Both the position numbers and the translations under genes were made by a program. The notes below the pieces were generated by a model, which had not been told where the DNA came from, searched no databases, and saw only the letters and a list, made by a program, of their open reading frames with translations. Below, in pieces: positions 60,150 to 64,000 of a stretch of 64,000 nucleotides of DNA; position 1 is the stretch's first letter; each line of letters opens with the position of its first letter. This DNA is from an uncultured Mycoplasmatota bacterium (GTDB lineage: Bacteria; Bacillota_I; Bacilli_A; RF39; UBA660): the NCBI GenBank assembly GCA_947646095.1, contig CANSFI010000003.1, positions 5,011-69,010 of the forward strand, read 5' to 3'.

Positions 60150-60767
60150 TTGGAAAACTTAACTAAAAGACAAGAAGAAATATTAGATTATATAAAAAAG
60201 TATATTGTGTCCCATGGATATCCACCAACAGTAAGAGAGATAGGTGCTGATTTAGGTGTTTCATCTCCAGCAACAATTCATACACATTTAAGCAATCTTG
60301 AAACCAAAGGTTTTATTAAAAAAGAAGAAACTAAAAATAGAGCTATTGAATTATTAGTTGATAATGAATATGATATTAAAGAAGAAAAAGCTATAGATGT
60401 TCCTTTACTTGGAAAGATAACAGCTGGAAGTCCTATTGAAGCAATTGAAAAACCAAATGAATTTTTTCAATTACCAGCATATTTAATTCCTAAAAATAAA
60501 GAAGTTTTTACTTTACTTGTAAGTGGCGAAAGTATGATTAATGCTGGTATATTAGATGGTGATATTGTTATTGTTGAAAAAACTAATACTGCTAAAAATG
60601 GACAAATAGTAGTTGCTATGACAGATGAAAATGAAGTAACTTTAAAAACATTTTATAAAGAAAGTAATTATTTTAGATTACAACCTGAAAATGATACAAT
60701 GAATCCTATAATTTTAAATAATGTATCTATCTTAGGAATTGCTATTGGATTATACAGAAAAATATAA
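60150..60767 (+). CDS. lexA: LexA repressor
   Basis: TTG start at 60150, 7 nt after aggagg; winged-helix N-terminus (PPTVREIG), cleavage and S24 peptidase motifs (VSGESMINAGI, ..LKTF). Confidence 0.9.
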   Translation: MENLTKRQEEILDYIKKYIVSHGYPPTVREIGADLGVSSPATIHTHLSNLETKGFIKKEETKNRAIELLVDNEYDIKEEKAIDVPLLGKITAGSPIEAIEKPNEFFQLPAYLIPKNKEVFTLLVSGESMINAGILDGDIVIVEKTNTAKNGQIVVAMTDENEVTLKTFYKESNYFRLQPENDTMNPIILNNVSILGIAIGLYRKI

Positions 60768-60806
60768 TAAAAAAGTATGTTAACTTAATATAAGCTACAT
60801 ACTTTT

Positions 60807-61034
60807 TTATTGCTTATTTGATATAACTTGTTTAAAATAATTTTTAATTTTATCTACTTCTATTTGTTTTTGATCTTGCTTTATTAAGATACAGCCATCT
60901 AAATTCATTCCCTCTTTATCTATATTATCAAAATCATCAATAACTTTTACATCTCTTAGTATAGTTCTTGTCATATTTTTTTCATAGACAGTTTGAGGAT
61001 TTACTTTTACGACCATACTTTTTGTAGTGTTCAT
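60807..61034 (-). CDS. hypothetical protein, possibly the 3' remnant of a frame-disrupted gene
   Basis: The frame is open upstream of the ATG (TVLNGVLVRELFDNKKVFK-M..); more short in-line ORF pieces occur up to ~61210. Confidence 0.3.
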   Translation of the reverse strand: MNTTKSMVVKVNPQTVYEKNMTRTILRDVKVIDDFDNIDKEGMNLDGCILIKQDQKQIEVDKIKNYFKQVISNKQ

Positions 61035-61343
61035 TTTAAAGACTTTCTTGTTATCAAATAACTCTCTTACTAAAACACCATTTAAAACAGTTCATCTAAA
61101 ATCACCATCATATATTGTTTCAATATTTAATTATACACCTACCAATCCTGTAAAATCAAAATAAGCAAATAGTCCATATTATATATATTCTATTTTATCT
61201 TCATAGCTTAATTTACACATATAAAAACCTCGTTTCTATTTTGTATAAGAAATGGGGTTTTTATCAGTTTATATCTTAGTCTAATTTATATATAAATATC
61301 AATTATAATAGTTTTCTTTAATCTTGTATTTTTATTCTGGTAT

Positions 61344-63983
61344 TTATTTATTAGCCTTTTCACGAATACTTGCTTGTGCTGCGGAAAGTCTTGCAATAGG
61401 TATTCTAAATGGGCTACATGAAACATAAGTAAGTCCTATTCTGTGACAGAATTCTACACTTGATGGTTCTCCTCCATGTTCACCACAAATACCTAACTTA
61501 ATATCTGGTCTTACACTTCTACCTTTATCAGTTGCTATTTCAACTAATTTCCCTACTCCATTTTGATCTAATTTAGCAAATGGATCAAATTCATAAATTT
61601 TAGTATCATAATAAGAATTTAAGAATTTACCAGCATCATCTCTTGAAAAACCAAATGTCATTTGAGTTAAATCGTTTGTTCCAAATGAGAAGAATTCAGC
61701 TTCTTTAGCTATAGAATCAGCTGTAATAGCAGCTCTTGGTATTTCAATCATTGTTCCAATATGATATTCGATATCAGAATTTTTTTCTTGTTTTACTTTT
61801 TCAGCTGTTTCAACTACAATATCTTTAACAAATTTCAATTCTTTTCTTTCGCCAACTAAAGGTATCATAATTTCTGGAATGATATTATATCCATCCTCTT
61901 CTTTTACTTCAATTGCTGCTTCCATTAAGGCACGAGTTTGCATTCTAGCAATTTCAGGATAAGTTACTGCAAGTCTACATCCACGATGTCCCATCATCGG
62001 GTTAACTTCATGTAAATCGACGCATTTTTCTTTTAAATGTTCTACTGTAATACCCATTTCATCTGCTAAAGCTTTAATATCTTCATCTGTTGATGGCAAA
62101 AATTCATGTAAAGGTGGATCTAAGTAACGAACTGTCATTGGTAGATTTTTAAGTTCTTTATACATTGCTTTAAAGTCTCCTTTTTGGAATGGAATTAATT
62201 CATTTAAAGCTTTTTCTCTATCTTCAACTGTTTCACTTAAAATCATTTTTCTAATTTTTGGAATTCTATCTTCTTCAAAGAACATGTGTTCTGTACGACA
62301 TAATCCGATTCCTTCAGCACCTAATTCAATAGCTTTTTTTGTGTCACGAGGATTATCTGCATTAGTACGAACTTGAAGTTTTCTAAATTCATCAGCCCAT
62401 CCCATAATTCTTCCAAAGTTTCCTGAAACAGAAGCTTCTTCTGTTTTAATATCTCCTTTATATATTTTACCAGTTGTACCATCTAATGAAATATAATCGC
62501 CTTCATGGAATGTATAACCTCCTAAAGTAAATTCATGTTTTTCTTCATCTATTTTGATTTCACCACATCCAGATACACAACAAGTTCCCATACCACGGGC
62601 AACAACTGCTGCATGACTAGTCATACCACCGCGGACTGTAAGAATACCTTGAGAAGCTACCATTCCTTCGATATCTTCTGGTGTTGTCTCTAAACGGACA
62701 AGAATTACTCTTTCACCTTTACCACCAATACCTTGAACCTTTGCTTCTGCTGATTCAAATACAACTTTACCTGCTGCTGCTCCTGGAGATGCTGGAAGAG
62801 CACTACCAATAACCTCTCCATTTTTTAATGCCTCTATATTAAATGTTGGATGTAATAGTTGATCTAATGATTTAGCTTCAATTCTCATAATGGCTTCTTC
62901 TTTTGCAATCATTTTTTCATCCACTAAATCACAGGCAATCTGAATTGCTGCATGAGCTGTTCTTTTTCCATTACGAGTTTGTAAGAAATAAAGTTTTCCT
63001 TCTTGAATAGTAAATTCCATATCTTGCATATCACGATAATGATTTTCTAGTTTATTTGCGATAGTAATAAATTCTTCATATACTTTTGGCATATCTAAAG
63101 CAAGTCTAGTAATTGGTTGAGGTGTACGTACACCAGCAACCACATCTTCTCCTTGAGCATTTATTAAATATTCTCCATAAATACCTTTTTCGCCAGTTGA
63201 TGGATTACGTGTAAATGCAACACCTGTTCCCGATGTTTCTCCCATATTTCCAAATACCATTGCTTGAATGTTAACTGCAGTCCCCCAATTGCTTGGAATA
63301 TCATTCATCCTACGATATACATTGGCTCTAGGATTATCCCAAGAACGAAATACAGCTTTAATAGCACCCATTAATTGTTCTTTTGGATCTTGTGGGAAAT
63401 CTTCACCATTCATATTATCTTTATATACTTGTTTAAATCTTTTTACTAATTCTTTTAAATCTTCAACTGTAAGTTCTGTATCAAAATGGATACCTTTTGC
63501 TTCTTTTAATTCATCAATTATTTTCTCAAAGTATGATTTAGGTACTTCCATAACAACGTCTGAATACATTTGAATAAATCTTCTATAAGAGTCATAAGCA
63601 AATCTTGGATTTTCAGTTTTATTCGCAAAACCTTCAACAGCTTCATCATTAAGTCCTAAGTTAAGAATAGTATCCATCATACCTGGCATGCTTGCTCTAG
63701 CACCACTTCTTACTGATACTAAAAGTGGATCACTATTATCCCCAAATTTTTTTTCTTGAATTTTTTCTAGTTCATTCAAAGCTTCAAATATTTGATTTTG
63801 AATTTCATTAGATATTTCTTTGCCATTATTATAATATTCTGTACAAGCTTCAGTTGTAACAGTAAATCCTTGAGGTATAGGTAACCCTAAATTAGTCATT
63901 TCTGCTAAATTAGCACCTTTACCACCAAGAAGATTTCTCATGTCTGCATTTCCTTCTTTAAATGCATATACATACTTTGCCAT
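61344..63983 (-). CDS. ppdK: pyruvate, phosphate dikinase
   Basis: GGKGANLAEM, phospho-His region GGMTSHAAVVARGMG, C-terminal PEP-utilising domain GICGEHGG. Confidence 0.95.
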   Translation of the reverse strand: MAKYVYAFKEGNADMRNLLGGKGANLAEMTNLGLPIPQGFTVTTEACTEYYNNGKEISNEIQNQIFEALNELEKIQEKKFGDNSDPLLVSVRSGARASMPGMMDTILNLGLNDEAVEGFANKTENPRFAYDSYRRFIQMYSDVVMEVPKSYFEKIIDELKEAKGIHFDTELTVEDLKELVKRFKQVYKDNMNGEDFPQDPKEQLMGAIKAVFRSWDNPRANVYRRMNDIPSNWGTAVNIQAMVFGNMGETSGTGVAFTRNPSTGEKGIYGEYLINAQGEDVVAGVRTPQPITRLALDMPKVYEEFITIANKLENHYRDMQDMEFTIQEGKLYFLQTRNGKRTAHAAIQIACDLVDEKMIAKEEAIMRIEAKSLDQLLHPTFNIEALKNGEVIGSALPASPGAAAGKVVFESAEAKVQGIGGKGERVILVRLETTPEDIEGMVASQGILTVRGGMTSHAAVVARGMGTCCVSGCGEIKIDEEKHEFTLGGYTFHEGDYISLDGTTGKIYKGDIKTEEASVSGNFGRIMGWADEFRKLQVRTNADNPRDTKKAIELGAEGIGLCRTEHMFFEEDRIPKIRKMILSETVEDREKALNELIPFQKGDFKAMYKELKNLPMTVRYLDPPLHEFLPSTDEDIKALADEMGITVEHLKEKCVDLHEVNPMMGHRGCRLAVTYPEIARMQTRALMEAAIEVKEEDGYNIIPEIMIPLVGERKELKFVKDIVVETAEKVKQEKNSDIEYHIGTMIEIPRAAITADSIAKEAEFFSFGTNDLTQMTFGFSRDDAGKFLNSYYDTKIYEFDPFAKLDQNGVGKLVEIATDKGRSVRPDIKLGICGEHGGEPSSVEFCHRIGLTYVSCSPFRIPIARLSAAQASIREKANK

Positions 63984-64000
63984 CTTATCAATCTCCTTCT

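Noticed and set aside
61040-61110. A possible sixth copy of the trailer module (..ATAACTCTCTTACTAAAACACCATTTAAAACAGTTCATCTAAAAT..).
   Set aside because: The similarity is short and patchy, there is no hairpin or terminator pair, and the stretch lies inside what looks like a decayed coding region.

Overview
This is a very AT-rich, densely coded chromosomal window from a cell-walled, low-GC Bacillota organism. It uses the standard genetic code: TGG encodes Trp and there are no TGA-interrupted genes. Gene order resembles Bacilli, with lexA divergent from a small SOS gene-tkt-sirA-like-yneF-like block, and ylbD-ylbE-rsmD together. Housekeeping genes I recognise are murD, eno, mnmA, spoIIM-like, gltX, rluD, lspA, rsmD, tgt, murF, tkt, lexA and ppdK. 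There are three tRNAs: Thr-GGT, Glu-CTC and Gln-CTG. Envelope functions include a sortase B plus substrate pair, an MBOAT/DHHW/DUF4358 cluster, a GH3 hydrolase and a thiol-disulfide module. Many hypothetical genes remain.

The most unusual stretch is about 21.9-27.1 kb, immediately 3' of tRNA-Thr. It is a mosaic accessory region with these parts:
- Broken serine-recombinase pieces.
- Duplicated gene ends.
- A pair of Cys-His-Asp papain-fold paralogs plus an orphan fragment of them.
- A less AT-rich gene split at a homopolymer run.
- Four copies of a structured ~100-nt module that matches the tRNA-Thr 3' trailer and terminator, with a fifth copy at ~1.9 kb. Three of the five copies have their own promoter-like sequence and two hairpins, so they could be a tRNA-flank-derived small RNA or att-like repeat family.

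Other candidates worth a second look:
- An orphan LytTR regulator with a perfect 12-bp direct-repeat box next to a 21-aa hydrophobic mini-gene and a convergent hairpin RNA, which resembles a type I toxin-antitoxin layout.
- A 48-aa membrane peptide under a LexA box, in the position yneA occupies in B. subtilis.
- gltX sandwiched between the C34 isoacceptors tRNA-Gln(CUG) and tRNA-Glu(CUC).
- An ABC transporter gene with a single in-frame TAA.
- An HD-hydrolase/P-loop fusion.

I found no CRISPR array, rRNA or intact transposase. All calls rest on motif recognition by eye; no database search was possible.
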